This document shows, one piece after another, positions 51,726 to 63,222 of a stretch of 64,000 nt of DNA (positions are counted from its first letter, which is position 1; every line of letters starts with the position of its first letter). Under the pieces are notes generated by a model that had not been told where the DNA came from, did not search any database, and worked only from the letters and a program-made list of their open reading frames with translations. The translations under genes were made by a program, and so were the position numbers. The stretch spans positions 4,928,001 to 4,992,000 of the forward strand of contig CAVWVQ010000003.1 of assembly GCA_963758525.1 (NCBI GenBank). Reading direction: 5' to 3'. This DNA comes from an uncultured Phycisphaerales bacterium. Its GTDB lineage: Bacteria > Planctomycetota > Phycisphaerae > Tepidisphaerales > Tepidisphaeraceae.

Positions 51726-54700
51726 ATGTTCTTCACGAAACATCGGAACCGGTCAAAGTCGTTGCGCGCGCATCGTGGGATATTTCCCGACTTCGGAATC
51801 GAATCCCTGGAGCCACGGCGGCTGTTTTCATCACTGGTCGTGACGACCGTCGACGACTCCACGTCGCACCCGGGCTTTGTTTCGCTGCGCGACGCCATCA
51901 CCACCGCCAACACCGACGCCCGTGCTGGGACCTCGGATACGATCTCATTCGCAGCCAGCCTCAACGGGCAGACGATAATGCTGCAACAAGGGCAACTGGA
52001 ACTCGGGCAAGGGGGCGCGGGCAGGGGGGTGATTACGATCAATGGCGCAAATCAGATCACTGTCAGCGGCAACGGCGTCAGCGGCATTTTCCGGGTTGAC
52101 CCGAGCGTCTCCGTCATCGTCAACGCATTGACCATCACGGACGGCAATAGCCCATCCATTCCCGGCGGCGCGATTTACAACGATTTCCACGGCAGCCTGA
52201 CTCTCGAGGACTGCACCGTCTCGGGGAACTCAGCGCCGACCGCGGTTGGCGGCGCTATCTTCAACGATGGGACGATGAGCGTTTCCAACTCCGCGTTCTC
52301 GGGAAATGCGTCGGGTGACTCAGGCGGCTGCATCTATAACTCCAACACGATGACTGTCACAAACTGCACATTTTTGCAGGATAGCGCGGGACGGCGCATA
52401 CGGTCGATGACTCGGGCGGCGCCTTGTATAACTCCGAGGCGATGACCGTCACGAATTGCACGTTTTCCGATGAGACCGCGAGCGGTGATGGCGGCGCCAT
52501 CGAGAACGCCGGCGCAGGAAACATGACGGTCGCCAATTCCACATTCTCAGAAAATACGGCGGGCAACACCGGCGGCGGGGTCAAAAACGAAAACACCATG
52601 ACGGTCACCGGCTCGACGTTCACGGGAAATACAGCGTATTCGGATGCCAACGGCAACGGCGGCGGCGGCATCTGCAACAATTTCACCATGAGCATCAGCA
52701 ACACCACGTTCACGGGAAATTCCGCGCCCGAATCGGCCGGCTATGGCGGCGCCATCGCGAGTTTCGGCCCCTCCACCATCGTCAGCTCTACGATCTCGGA
52801 AAACTCGGCAGGTGACCAGGGCGGCGGCGGTATCGGCGGCAATGTGAACCTGCTGAACTGCATTGTCGCAGGCAACACCGTCGCGGCCGGAGCGGAAGGA
52901 CCGGACATTGAGGGAATCGTGACTAGCGGCAGTACGTACAACCTGGTCGGCGACGGCACCTCCATGACCGGCATCAGCAACGGCAGCAACGGCAATCTCG
53001 TTGGCACTGGCGCCAACCCCCTCGTCCCGGAACTTTTGCCGCTCGACTACAACGGAGGTCCGACCGAGACGATGGCGTTGATGCCCAACAGCCCCGCGCG
53101 ACACGCCGGCGGACGCGTGACGAGCTTGACCGCCGCTGTGACCGCAACAGCCACCAACATCCCCGTGGGACTGCCAGCGGCCATCGCCAGCACCCCGGGC
53201 AGTTATGTCATCCGAGTCGAGAGCGAACAGATGCTCGTCACCGATATGAGCGGAAACAATTTGATCGTGACACGCGGCTACAACGGCACAACCGCCGCGG
53301 CCCACAGCATCGGCGCAAAAGTCTACCTAGCCACCGACCAGACCGGCGCGGCCCGCGGCAGCCCGTCCGACATCGGGGCATACGAGTTTCAAACCGTGTC
53401 GAGCAGTGTCAGTCCGCTTCCGGCGGCCGAACCCGGCTCCAGCTTTATCGTCTCCTGGACCGGCACCCCCGGAACCGAGGATTACGGCGTCGCCAACTAC
53501 TCCATCTACGACTCCGACAACGACGGGCAATACGTGCTCTGGAAGCATGCGACGACCGCAACATCCGGAACCTTCACCGGCATCAACGGCCACACCTACC
53601 GCTTTTACAGCGTCGCGACAGACATCGGCGGAAATGTGCAGCCCACGCCGACTGCTCCTCAGGCGATGACGACCGTCGATGTGCTCACGCCATCGGCGAT
53701 CATCAGCACCAACACGGATTTCATGTACGTCGGCGCTTCCAGCACGTTCACCGTTCTCGCTTCCGGTTACCCGGCGCCGACGTTCACCGAAACGGGGACA
53801 CTCCCCGCCGGGCTGAGCTTCGATGCCGCCAGCGGCATTTTGAGCGGCACCCCGGCGCGGGGAGCGTGGCAAGCTATGCTCTGACATTCGGCGCCTCGAA
53901 TGGAATTGGAACGGCGGCGACCCAGGCGTTCACGCTGACGATTGCCAAGGCCCAAACCACCACGAAGCTGGTCAAGAACACCACCAGCGCCGTCAAGTAT
54001 GGGCAGAGCGTGGCGTTCACCGCCACGGTCTCTTCCAGCGGCGCCAACTCGCTCAACCCATCCGGCACGGTCAAATTCATGGACGGCGCCACAATCCTGG
54101 GGACTTCCGCGCTCAGCGGGGGCGTCGCGGTATTCACCAGCAATGCCTTGAGCACGGGAAGCAACTCCGTCACGGCGGTGTACGGCGCCGATGCCAATTT
54201 CGCCGCCAGCACGTCGGCCGCGCTGACCCAAACGGTGAACCAGTCCGGGACCACGACCACGTTGACCAAGAGCCCCACGGCAGCAATCAAGTTCGGGCAA
54301 AGCGTCAGCTTCACGGCGACCGTGGCCGCGGTAGGCCCCGGCGCGGGAACCCCCACGGGTATCGCACTCTTCGAGGATGGCTCAACGGTCATCGGCACCG
54401 GGACACTCAGCGGCGGCATTGCCACCTTCACCACTGCCTCTTTTGCCGTGGGCAGCCATTCGATCAAGGCGGTGTACGGCGGGGACTCCAACTTCACCAC
54501 CAGTACGTCCGCATCGATCGGTCAGACGGTGGCCCAGGCGTCGACGACCACGAAGCTGACGAAGAACACGAGTACTTCCATTCACTCCGGCCAGAGCGTG
54601 ACGTTCACCGCCACGCTGGCCGCCGTGAGTCCCGGCGCGGGCACGCCAACTGGCATCGTCACCTTCTATGACAGCGGCAGCTTGCTCGGCACTGGCACGC

Positions 54701-54834
54701 TCAGCGGCGGGATCGCAACGTTCACCACCACGACGCTGCCCGTCGGCAGCAACTCGATTACGGCTGTCTACGGAGGCGATACGGACTTCAGCATCAGCAC
54801 GTCGGGTGCGGTGAGCCAGACGGTGACGTCCTGA
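51726..54834 (+). CDS. Surface protein paralog 6 (3 Ig-like repeats; frameshifts at about 52400 and 53865)
   Basis: N-terminus identical to paralog 4, beta-helix, NGGPTETMAL..DIGAYE, ends QTVTS; three ORFs in successive frames. Confidence 0.83.
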
Positions 54835-54884
54835 TCGGATCCAATCCGCGTCCACGGCCCTCTTGGGAAAGGAAACACCGCATC

Positions 54885-57732
54885 ATGTTCTTCAAAAACC
54901 GTCGCCATGCCTTCAAGTCCCGCGCGGCAAGCTTTCTCGCCACGTGCAGAATCGAAATCGAGGCGCTGGAGGGCCGGCGCCTGTTTACCGCGCTTGTCGT
55001 GACCACCGTCGACGACTCAGTGAACCACACCGGCGAATCGCTGCGCGATGCCATCGTTCGCGCCAACTCTGACCTCTCCACCAGCGTGTCTGACACCATT
55101 ACGTTTCTCTCCAGCCTCAATGGTGACACGATAGCGCTTTCCCAGGGTCAGCTCGAGATTGGCGCGGGCGACCCCGGTTCCGGCGCGATTACCATCAACG
55201 GCGGGAATCAAATCACCGTCAGTGGCGCGAACAAGAGCCGCGTCTTCGAGGTGGACTCCGGCGCCCAGACGGTGCTGACCGGTCTGACAATCTCCGATGG
55301 CTCCTCGACGACAGACACTGAAAATGGAGGAGGAATTGAAAACGACGGCGTGATGACCGTTAACGATTGCACGCTCTCCAATCTCCTCGCTGCTCTTGCC
55401 GGCGGCGGAATTTACAATAATGGGGCAATGCTGGTGATGAACTCAACAATCACCGGAAATTCCGCCTCGTTCGCCGGGGGTGGAATCTTTAACGCCGGTC
55501 TTGGGACAATCACCGGCTCCACCGTCTCTGGCAACAGCAGTGAAAAGGGTGGCGGCATTTACAACGGAGAGACCCTCACGGTCAGCAATTCCACGCTGTT
55601 CGGAAACTTTGCCACGCAAGGCATCGGCGGCGGGATCTTCAATTTCTCATTGCTGACGGTCAGCCACTCAACCCTTTCCGGCAACTCCGCCACGTTGGGA
55701 GGTGGCGGCATCGGCAACTCCGCTTCCAACCAAACGTTGGTGATCACAACTTTGGAGGACTCGATCGTTGCCGGGAACACGACAACAACGGAAACTGACG
55801 GACCGGATCTTCAGGGCAATTTTCCGCCCAGTACCTACAACCTGATCGGCGACGGCACGAACCAGAGCGGGTTGAGCAACGGCAACGGCGGGAATCTCGT
55901 AGGCACCAGCGCCAATCCGATCCCGGCAGGGCTGCTGCCGCTGGATTTCAATGGCGGACCGACTCAGACCATGGCCCTGACGGCCAACAGCCTGGCGCGG
56001 AACGCGGGCGGGCGCGTCACGAGCCTTACGGCGGCGGCCAGTTCATCCGCTGCCACCATCTCCGTCGGCTTGGCTTCAGCTATCTCCAGCGTGGGCAGCG
56101 GCGTGATACAGATTGACGGTGAGCAGATGCTTGTCACGAATGTTGACTCAAATTCCCTGACCGTCACGCGGGGTTACAACGGCACGACAAAGGTCGCCCA
56201 CAGCCTCGGCGCCAAAGTCTACCTGGCCACCGACCAGACCGGCGCAGTGCGCGTCCTTCCGCCGGACATCGGTGCATACGAGTATCAGACGGTCGCCAGT
56301 ACCGTGAAAGCGCTCCCCTCCACTGAATCGAGCGCCAGCTTCACCGTTTCCTGGTCGGGCACTCCAGGGACTGAGGGCTACAGCATCTCCACCTATACCG
56401 TTTACGTCTCTGACAATGGCGCGACATTCGTGCCGTTCGAGCACCAGACGACTGATACATCCGACACGTTCACGGGTGTGAACGGCCACACCTATCGCTT
56501 CTACAGCGTCGCCACCGACGCTGCCGGGAATGTGCAGCCCACGCCTGCGCCCCAGGCCAAGACCACGGTGCAAATCCCGATTGCGCCGACCATCACCAGC
56601 GCCGCCGCCGCGACCTTCGCCGTCGGTACGGCAGGATCGTTTACCGTCATGGCAACCGGAACTCCCGTAGCGACATTCAGCGAAACGGGGACACTGCCAA
56701 CCGGCGTGACCTTTAACGCCGCGACCGGCGTCCTGGGCGGCACTCCCTCCGCCGGGAAGGTCGGGACGTACACCGTGACTTTTGGAGCGTCCAACGGAGT
56801 AGGCACTCCCGCCAGCCAGTCATTCACGTTGACTGTAGCGAAGGCGGCGACGACCACCGCGCTGACCAAGAGCACGACCACGACCATCAAGTTCGGGCAA
56901 AGTGTCACGTTTACCGCGGCTGTGACCGCGGCAAGCGCGAACACAATTACCCCGACCGGCACTGTCACCTTCGAGGACGGGACCAACGTGCTGGGAACCG
57001 CCGCGCTCAGCGCCGGAATCGCCAAGTTCACCACCACGACGCTGCCTGCGGGCAGCCATTCGATCAAGGCAGTCTATGGCACGGACAGCAACTTCTCCGC
57101 CAGCACATCGAGTTCGATGAGCCAGACGGTGAGCCAGTCATCGACCACGACCACACTTAACCAAGACCCCGACGACGGCGATCGTGTTCGGCCAAAGCGT
57201 GACGTTCAACGCATCCCTGGCGGCGGTGGCCCCCGGCGCCGGGACACCTACCGGAAGCGTGATCTTCGAGGATGGGACGGCCGTGCTCGGAACCAGCACG
57301 CTCAGTGGCGGAATTGCGACGCTTACCACCACCGCGCTGAGCGTGGGAAGCCATTCCATCAAAGCCGTCTACGGCGGAGATTCCAACTTCACGACCAGCG
57401 TTTCGAGCACTCTCAGTCAGACGGTGAATAAGTCGGCGACAACCACCAAGCTGACCAAGAACACGACCGGTTCCATCACGTCAGGCCAAAGCGTGACATT
57501 CACGGCAACGCTGCTGGCCGTGAGCCCCGGCGCGGGAGTGCCTGCGGGAATCGTGACGTTCTATGACAATGGCAGCACCATGCTCGGTACCGGCACGCTC
57601 ACCGGCGGGATCGCCACGTTTTCCACGACGGCGCTGCCAGTCGGGAGCAATTCGATTACGGCTGTCTACGGAGGCGACACAGACTTCAGTACCAGCACTT
57701 CGGGTGCGGTGAGTCAGACGGTCACATCATAA
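54885..57732 (+). CDS. Surface protein paralog 7 (3 Ig-like repeats; frameshift at about 57160)
   Basis: MFFKNRR..EALEGRRLF, ESLRDA, GGGI repeats, anchor-Q, ends QTVTS. Confidence 0.87.
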
Positions 57733-57804
57733 GCGGAGAGCCTACGTGTATTGGGCGCAGCGGGACAAGGGATCGGAAGTCGCTATTTTGCGGGCGGTGA
57801 AGGC

Positions 57805-60043
57805 ATGATCGACGCCGAGCTCGCCAGCGGACTAAAGCTGCAACGGGCCGGCCGCTTTGCGGACGCGGCACGCTGCTATCACTCCTTTCTGCAGAGGCAT
57901 CCGCGGGATGCCGATGCGCTGCACCTGTTTGGCGTCCTGCACCATCAGAACGGATATTTCGACAGGGCTCTCGAGTTGATCGGCCAGGCGATCAACATCC
58001 GTCCCGGTGCCTCCGCGTTCCACGCCAATCTGGCCGAGGCTTATCGTGCGCTGGGACGGTATTCGGAGGCGATCGAATGCTGCCGGGAAGCGCTGAGGCT
58101 GCAGCCCGATTATCCCGAAGCCGCCAATAACCTTGGACTGTCGCTGCATGATTCGGGCCGGTTTGCGGACGCTGTGGAGCAATTTAAGTCCGCGCTGCAA
58201 ATGCGACCCTCCTACGCGCTGGCTCAGAATAATCTGGGCACGTCGTTGCGCGAGTTGGGTCAGATCGGGCTGGCACTCAAGGCCTATCGGGCCGCCGTTG
58301 AGCTTGATCCGGAACTTGCCCTCGCGCGGAGCAATCTCGGCCAGCTGCTCGTGGATGAGGGTCAAGCCGAAGAAGGTCTGACGCACTGCCAGGAATCGGT
58401 TCGACTGCAGCCGGGCGTGCCCGCCGCGCTGAACAATCTTGGCAACGCCTATCGCGCTCTGGAGCGATGGAGCGATGCGCAGGGCGCCTACGGTCAGGCG
58501 CTGGATTTGGCCCGGCGGGATCCCGCGCGATCCGCCGATGTCCCGCGCATCCTCGCCAACCGCGCATTGGCGTTGTTTCTGGAAGGCCGGCGCGCGAACG
58601 CTTTCCAGTTGTTCCGTCAGGCCATCGACCTGACTCCCAACGACGCGGCATTGTGGCGCTATCCGGGCGCCGCTCACGATGCCAACGAAGACCACGCCGC
58701 GGCGCTTTCCGCGCGGGAGAAGATGGTCGAACTGACTCCGAACGATGCCAGTGCACAAAATGCGCTGGGCTGGTCTCTCCAACAGGAAGGGCGGTTGGCC
58801 GACGCCGCCAAGTGCTATCACCGCGCGATTGAACTTCTACCATATCATTCCGACGCGCTGCTGAACCTCGGCGGTCTGTCGGAGGAAATAGGGGATCTTC
58901 CCGAAGCGCAGGCGTACTATCGGCGCTCCAGGGCGCTCTATCCGAATGCGCCGCATCCGCTCGCGCGGCTTGCTCAGCTGCTTCGCGGTAAACTTCCCGC
59001 GGATGACAAGCAGGCGATTGCGGATTACTTGCGACCGGGTAGTGACGGTGATGCTCGGACACTGCCGCCCTATTCACCCGCGCGGCCCATTGCTCTACGG
59101 GCTGGCCCAAGTCCTCGATGCGCAGGGCGAGTATGCCGGCGCCGCCGACTGCCTGGCGCAAGCCAACGCGATGGCGCAGGATCAACGGCGCCTGGCGGGC
59201 AGGAAATACAATCCGGCGTCCTACTCGGAACTGGTCGACAGGATAATTGCCGGCTTCACGCCAGCGCTTTTCGAGCGCCTCCGCGGCGCCGGCGACGAGA
59301 CGCATCTTCCGGTGTTTATTTTCGGCATGCCGCGCTCGGGAACGACGTTGGTTGAGCAGGTGCTTGCCAGCCACTCCAAGGTCTACGGCGCCGGCGAACT
59401 TCGCGTGGCGCGCGATGTCTTCGAATCAGTTCCGTCGGTGATGGGTCGTTCTGACGAGATGCTCCCCTGCCTGGCAGATCTGGATGCAACGATGGTGAGC
59501 AAACTGTCCCAGCGTCATCTGGATGCCCTCCAGGCCATATTGAAAAGTTCGTCGATCGATGAACAGCCGCTGCGCATTGTGGACAAGATGCCGGACAACT
59601 ATTTGTACGTCGGGTTCCTGCGCATCCTGTTTCCGCGAGCCGTGTTCATTCACGTGCGCCGCGACCTGCGTGATGTGGCCGTTTCCTGTTGGATGACCAG
59701 TTTTCGCAATATTCGATGGGCGGACGATCCAGAGAATTTGGGGATGCGGTGCAGAGACTACCGGCGTCTGATGCGCCACTGGGAAAATGCCTTGCCGGCG
59801 CGGATGCACGAAGTGGTCTATGAACGGCTTGTGGACGATTTCGAAACCGAAGCCCCCCGTCTGCTGGCCGCCTGCGGCCTGGACTGGGAACCCGCCTGCG
59901 GAAAGTTCCATGAGACGTCCCGTCCAGTGCGCACGGCCAGCGTGATTCAGGTCCGCCAACCGCTCTACCGCAAGGCGGTGCAACGCTGGAAGCACTATGA
60001 ACAGCCGCTGGCGGAGCTGTTCGCCCGGTTGCCTCTAGACTAA
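57805..60043 (+). CDS. TPR-repeat sulfotransferase (frameshift at about 59070)
   Basis: Many TPRs (A..NLG..L..G..A) followed by PAPS-binding FIFGMPRSGTTLVEQVLASH, DKMPDN, RRDLRDVAVS and TAS..QVRQPLY. Confidence 0.9.
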
Positions 60044-60197
60044 ATGGGCGATTCCTTGCCGGCGCGGTAAGCGCGAAAATAGGCAAAGCATTTAGTGCCT
60101 TTTATCCCTACTTCCACCGGCAGGAGGCTGAAACACGGGGTCTTATCGTCCTGGCCAGGAAGCCCGGGAGAAGTGACGCACGTCTCGCTCTTTTCGC

Positions 60198-60225
60198 TTG
60201 CAGTTTGTTGCGAAGCCCGTATTCT
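60198..60225 (+). promoter_or_regulatory. Candidate sigma70 promoter for paralog 8
   Basis: TTGCAG-16 nt-TATTCT, 35 nt upstream of ATG 60261. Confidence 0.35.
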
Positions 60226-60260
60226 GCCATCGCTCCAGCACACTTCCGGAAGGGAATTAA

Positions 60261-63062
60261 ATGCCGCGCACATCCTGGTTGAAGAAGTCCTGCCGTTCCG
60301 CCTCTATAGGAACGATGCCGCTCGCGATACGCTTGCGACACGCTATGCGGCCGGTTCTCGAAGCGTTGGAACCCAGGCGGTTGCTTTCGTCGTACACGGT
60401 CAGCAACACCAATGTGACCGGGTCGGGAAGCCTCACCAATGCCATCAACTCTGCGGTCGCGAACGGCGGCACGTCCACGATCACCTTCAGCGGAGTGGCG
60501 AGCAATTCCTCGATCAACCTCGGTTCAGGTGACGCCAACTTGAACGCCGCCATGTATGGGCCGACGGCATACTTCATCCACGGCAGTGCCGGGACGCAGA
60601 TCACCATCGATGGCTCAGGCGCGCCGGGTCTGGCGATAGACGGGGGTAACGATCTTCGGTTGTTCGCGGTGACGAGCGGCAACACGCTGATACTCAAGAA
60701 CCTGTCGGTTTCAGATGGTTTGGCATCAGGCGGTGACGGAGGCGGCATCGCGGGCGGCGGCGGCGCGGGGCTCGGCGGCGCAGTCTACGATGATGGGGGC
60801 ACGTTCACGGCTCAAGCCTGCACCTTCAGCAACAACGTAGCCTCTGGAGGAAACGGGGGCGAAGGGTCCGGGGACGGGGGTGGAGGCGGCATGGGAGCGC
60901 AAGCCGTCGGCTTTGACGCCAGCAATGGCGGCGGGGGCGGTGGACAGGCTGGCGGGACTGGAGGCCAAGGCGGCCCCGGCGGATTTGGTAGCGGAGGCGG
61001 GGACGGTGCCCCCGGAATCGCGGCGTACCAAACAACGACTGGGGCGGGCTCGTCCGGAGGCGGCAACATCCACCAACATTCGGCCGCATCTGGCGGCAGT
61101 GGCGGTGCCGGCGGATTTGGCGGCGGCGGCGGCGGAGGCGGTCCGGCTGATAGCGGTCCTCGGGGCGGCCCCGGGGGCACGGGAGGCTTCGGCGGCGGAG
61201 GCGGAGGGGGCGGCACCAAGTTCGGGAGCGCCGGGTCGGCCGGCTTCGGTGGTGGTGCTGGCGGCGGCGGCGGCAGCGTTCAGCAGACCGGCGGCAGCGG
61301 CGGCGGAGGCGCGGGCCTCGGCGGCGGGATCTTCGCCAACGGCGGCGCGATCACTCTCAACGATGACACTTTTAACGATAACTCGGCCATCGGCGGTGCA
61401 GGCGCCAACAGCGGCCAAGGGTTGGGCGGCGCTGTTTTCGCCCGCAACGCCACCCTTACCGCCCTGAACGACACCTTCAGCGGGAACACCGCCGATCAGG
61501 GTGCTCGCGGCGTTTACCTTCTCGGCGATGGCGCGTCCGCGTCGGCAACCATCAGCAATACCATCATCGCGCAGAGCGACACCGCCGTCACCGACTTCGT
61601 TGCTTCCTCTCTGAACGGCGGAACGAGTTCCACGAGCGGCGTCGGCAACCTCATCGGTTCGCAGACCGGTTTCAGCGGCACCATCGTCAGCAGCGCAAAT
61701 CCGCAGTTGTCGCCGCTGGCTGCCAACGGCGGCCCGTCCGAGACGATGGCCCCCAGCAAGACCAGTCCCGCGGTCGGCGCCGGCAACCTCGCGGCGAGCT
61801 CGAGCCTGAAACAGGATCAGCGCGGCTTGCCGCGCCTCAGGAACAACAACTCGCTGGATATTGGAGCCTACGAGATACAGGATTCCGAAACCACTACTAC
61901 TTCCCTTGCAAAGAACACGACTGCTGCGGTCACATACGGACAGAGCGTCACATTCACGGCGACGCCAGCGGTTGTGAGCCCCGGCACGGGCACCCCCACC
62001 GGAACAGTCAAGTTTGAAAACGGCTCGGTTGTGATTGGAACCGTCACGCTGAACAACGGGATCGCGACCCTCCCGATCAATCTGCCTGCAGGCAAGTATG
62101 CGATCACGGCGGTCTACAGCGGCGATCCCACGTTCGTTGCGAGCACCTCTGGATCGGTCACTCAGACCGTGAATATGGCGGGCACGACCACCACGCTCAC
62201 CAAGAGCAGCTCCACCGCCCTGCACTACGGCCAGAGCATTACCTTTACCGCCAAGTCGGTCGCCGTCAGCCCCGGCTCGGGGACGGCCGCTGGCATCGTG
62301 ACGTTCGAGGCTGGAACCACGGTGCTCGGCTCCACTACGCTCAGCGGCGGCGTAGCCAAGTTCACCACAACCGCAGTTCCCGCAGGCAGCAATTCGATCA
62401 AAGCTGTCTACGGCGGCAGCGTCAATTTCGTGACCAGCACATCTGGTTCACTTAGCCAGACGATTACTCCGACGGCGACAACCACTAAACTGACCAAGAA
62501 CACGACCGCGGCTGTCAAGTTCGGCCAAAACGTGACGTTTACCGCGACGCTGGCTCCCGTCAGCCCCGGCGCCGGAGCGCCCTTTGGCACTGTCACCTTT
62601 ATGGACGGCTCGAACTCCATTGGAACCGCTGCCCTAAGCGGCGGCATCGCAACGCTGACAGTCGGCTCACTTCCCCCGGGAAGCAATTCGATCTCGGCGG
62701 TCTACGGCGGCAACGCCGACTACACCACCAGCAAGTCAGGGGCGATCGCGCAGACCGTCACGCAAGCGGCAACGACCATCAAGTTGACCAAGAGCGCGAC
62801 GGCGGCGATTCATTACGGCCAGAGCGTGACGTTGACCGCTGCAGTTGCCGCGGTGAGTCCCAGCACCGGAGTACCAGTGGGGATGGTAACCTTCTTCGAC
62901 AACGGCAACTCCATCGGCACCGGCACGCTTGCAGGCGGCGTCGCGACGCTCACGACGAGCACGCTCCCTTTCGGCACCAACTCCCTCACCGCCGGCTACA
63001 GTGGAAACGCGGACTACGCGCAAAGCATGTCGGACGAGCTGACTCAGACTGTCACGGGTTAG
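60261..63062 (+). CDS. Surface protein paralog 8: LEPRRLL leader, glycine-rich (PGRS-like) domain, choice-of-anchor Q, 4 Ig-like repeats
   Basis: Intact ORF; EALEPRRLLS, GSLTNAI, about 200 aa of GGxGG repeats, NGGPSETMA..DQRG..DIGAYE, ends QTVTG. Confidence 0.9.
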   Translation: MPRTSWLKKSCRSASIGTMPLAIRLRHAMRPVLEALEPRRLLSSYTVSNTNVTGSGSLTNAINSAVANGGTSTITFSGVASNSSINLGSGDANLNAAMYGPTAYFIHGSAGTQITIDGSGAPGLAIDGGNDLRLFAVTSGNTLILKNLSVSDGLASGGDGGGIAGGGGAGLGGAVYDDGGTFTAQACTFSNNVASGGNGGEGSGDGGGGGMGAQAVGFDASNGGGGGGQAGGTGGQGGPGGFGSGGGDGAPGIAAYQTTTGAGSSGGGNIHQHSAASGGSGGAGGFGGGGGGGGPADSGPRGGPGGTGGFGGGGGGGGTKFGSAGSAGFGGGAGGGGGSVQQTGGSGGGGAGLGGGIFANGGAITLNDDTFNDNSAIGGAGANSGQGLGGAVFARNATLTALNDTFSGNTADQGARGVYLLGDGASASATISNTIIAQSDTAVTDFVASSLNGGTSSTSGVGNLIGSQTGFSGTIVSSANPQLSPLAANGGPSETMAPSKTSPAVGAGNLAASSSLKQDQRGLPRLRNNNSLDIGAYEIQDSETTTTSLAKNTTAAVTYGQSVTFTATPAVVSPGTGTPTGTVKFENGSVVIGTVTLNNGIATLPINLPAGKYAITAVYSGDPTFVASTSGSVTQTVNMAGTTTTLTKSSSTALHYGQSITFTAKSVAVSPGSGTAAGIVTFEAGTTVLGSTTLSGGVAKFTTTAVPAGSNSIKAVYGGSVNFVTSTSGSLSQTITPTATTTKLTKNTTAAVKFGQNVTFTATLAPVSPGAGAPFGTVTFMDGSNSIGTAALSGGIATLTVGSLPPGSNSISAVYGGNADYTTSKSGAIAQTVTQAATTIKLTKSATAAIHYGQSVTLTAAVAAVSPSTGVPVGMVTFFDNGNSIGTGTLAGGVATLTTSTLPFGTNSLTAGYSGNADYAQSMSDELTQTVTG

Positions 63063-63222
63063 TTGCTAATGAAAAAAAAACTGATGAATTCATGACCTTT
63101 CCGCCGCATTACGCCCAATCGTATGCATTTAAAGCCGGTCGTCGTGGCGCGGCTTGAGTCTGATCGTTCCACACGTTTTGCCCCACTGGAATTGTCGGGC
63201 ACATTTTATGAAGGTGAGCTTC

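Noticed and set aside
32600..59100. Programmed ribosomal frameshifting or slipped-strand phase variation
   Set aside because: Breaks are at different non-homologous positions in short runs without slippery heptamers or long homopolymers, and similar breaks affect unrelated genes (Hsp70, anti-sigma).
60044..60140. c-di-GMP riboswitch upstream of paralog 8 (GGCAAA present)
   Set aside because: The paired stems and second GCAAA element expected for the class I aptamer are not evident.
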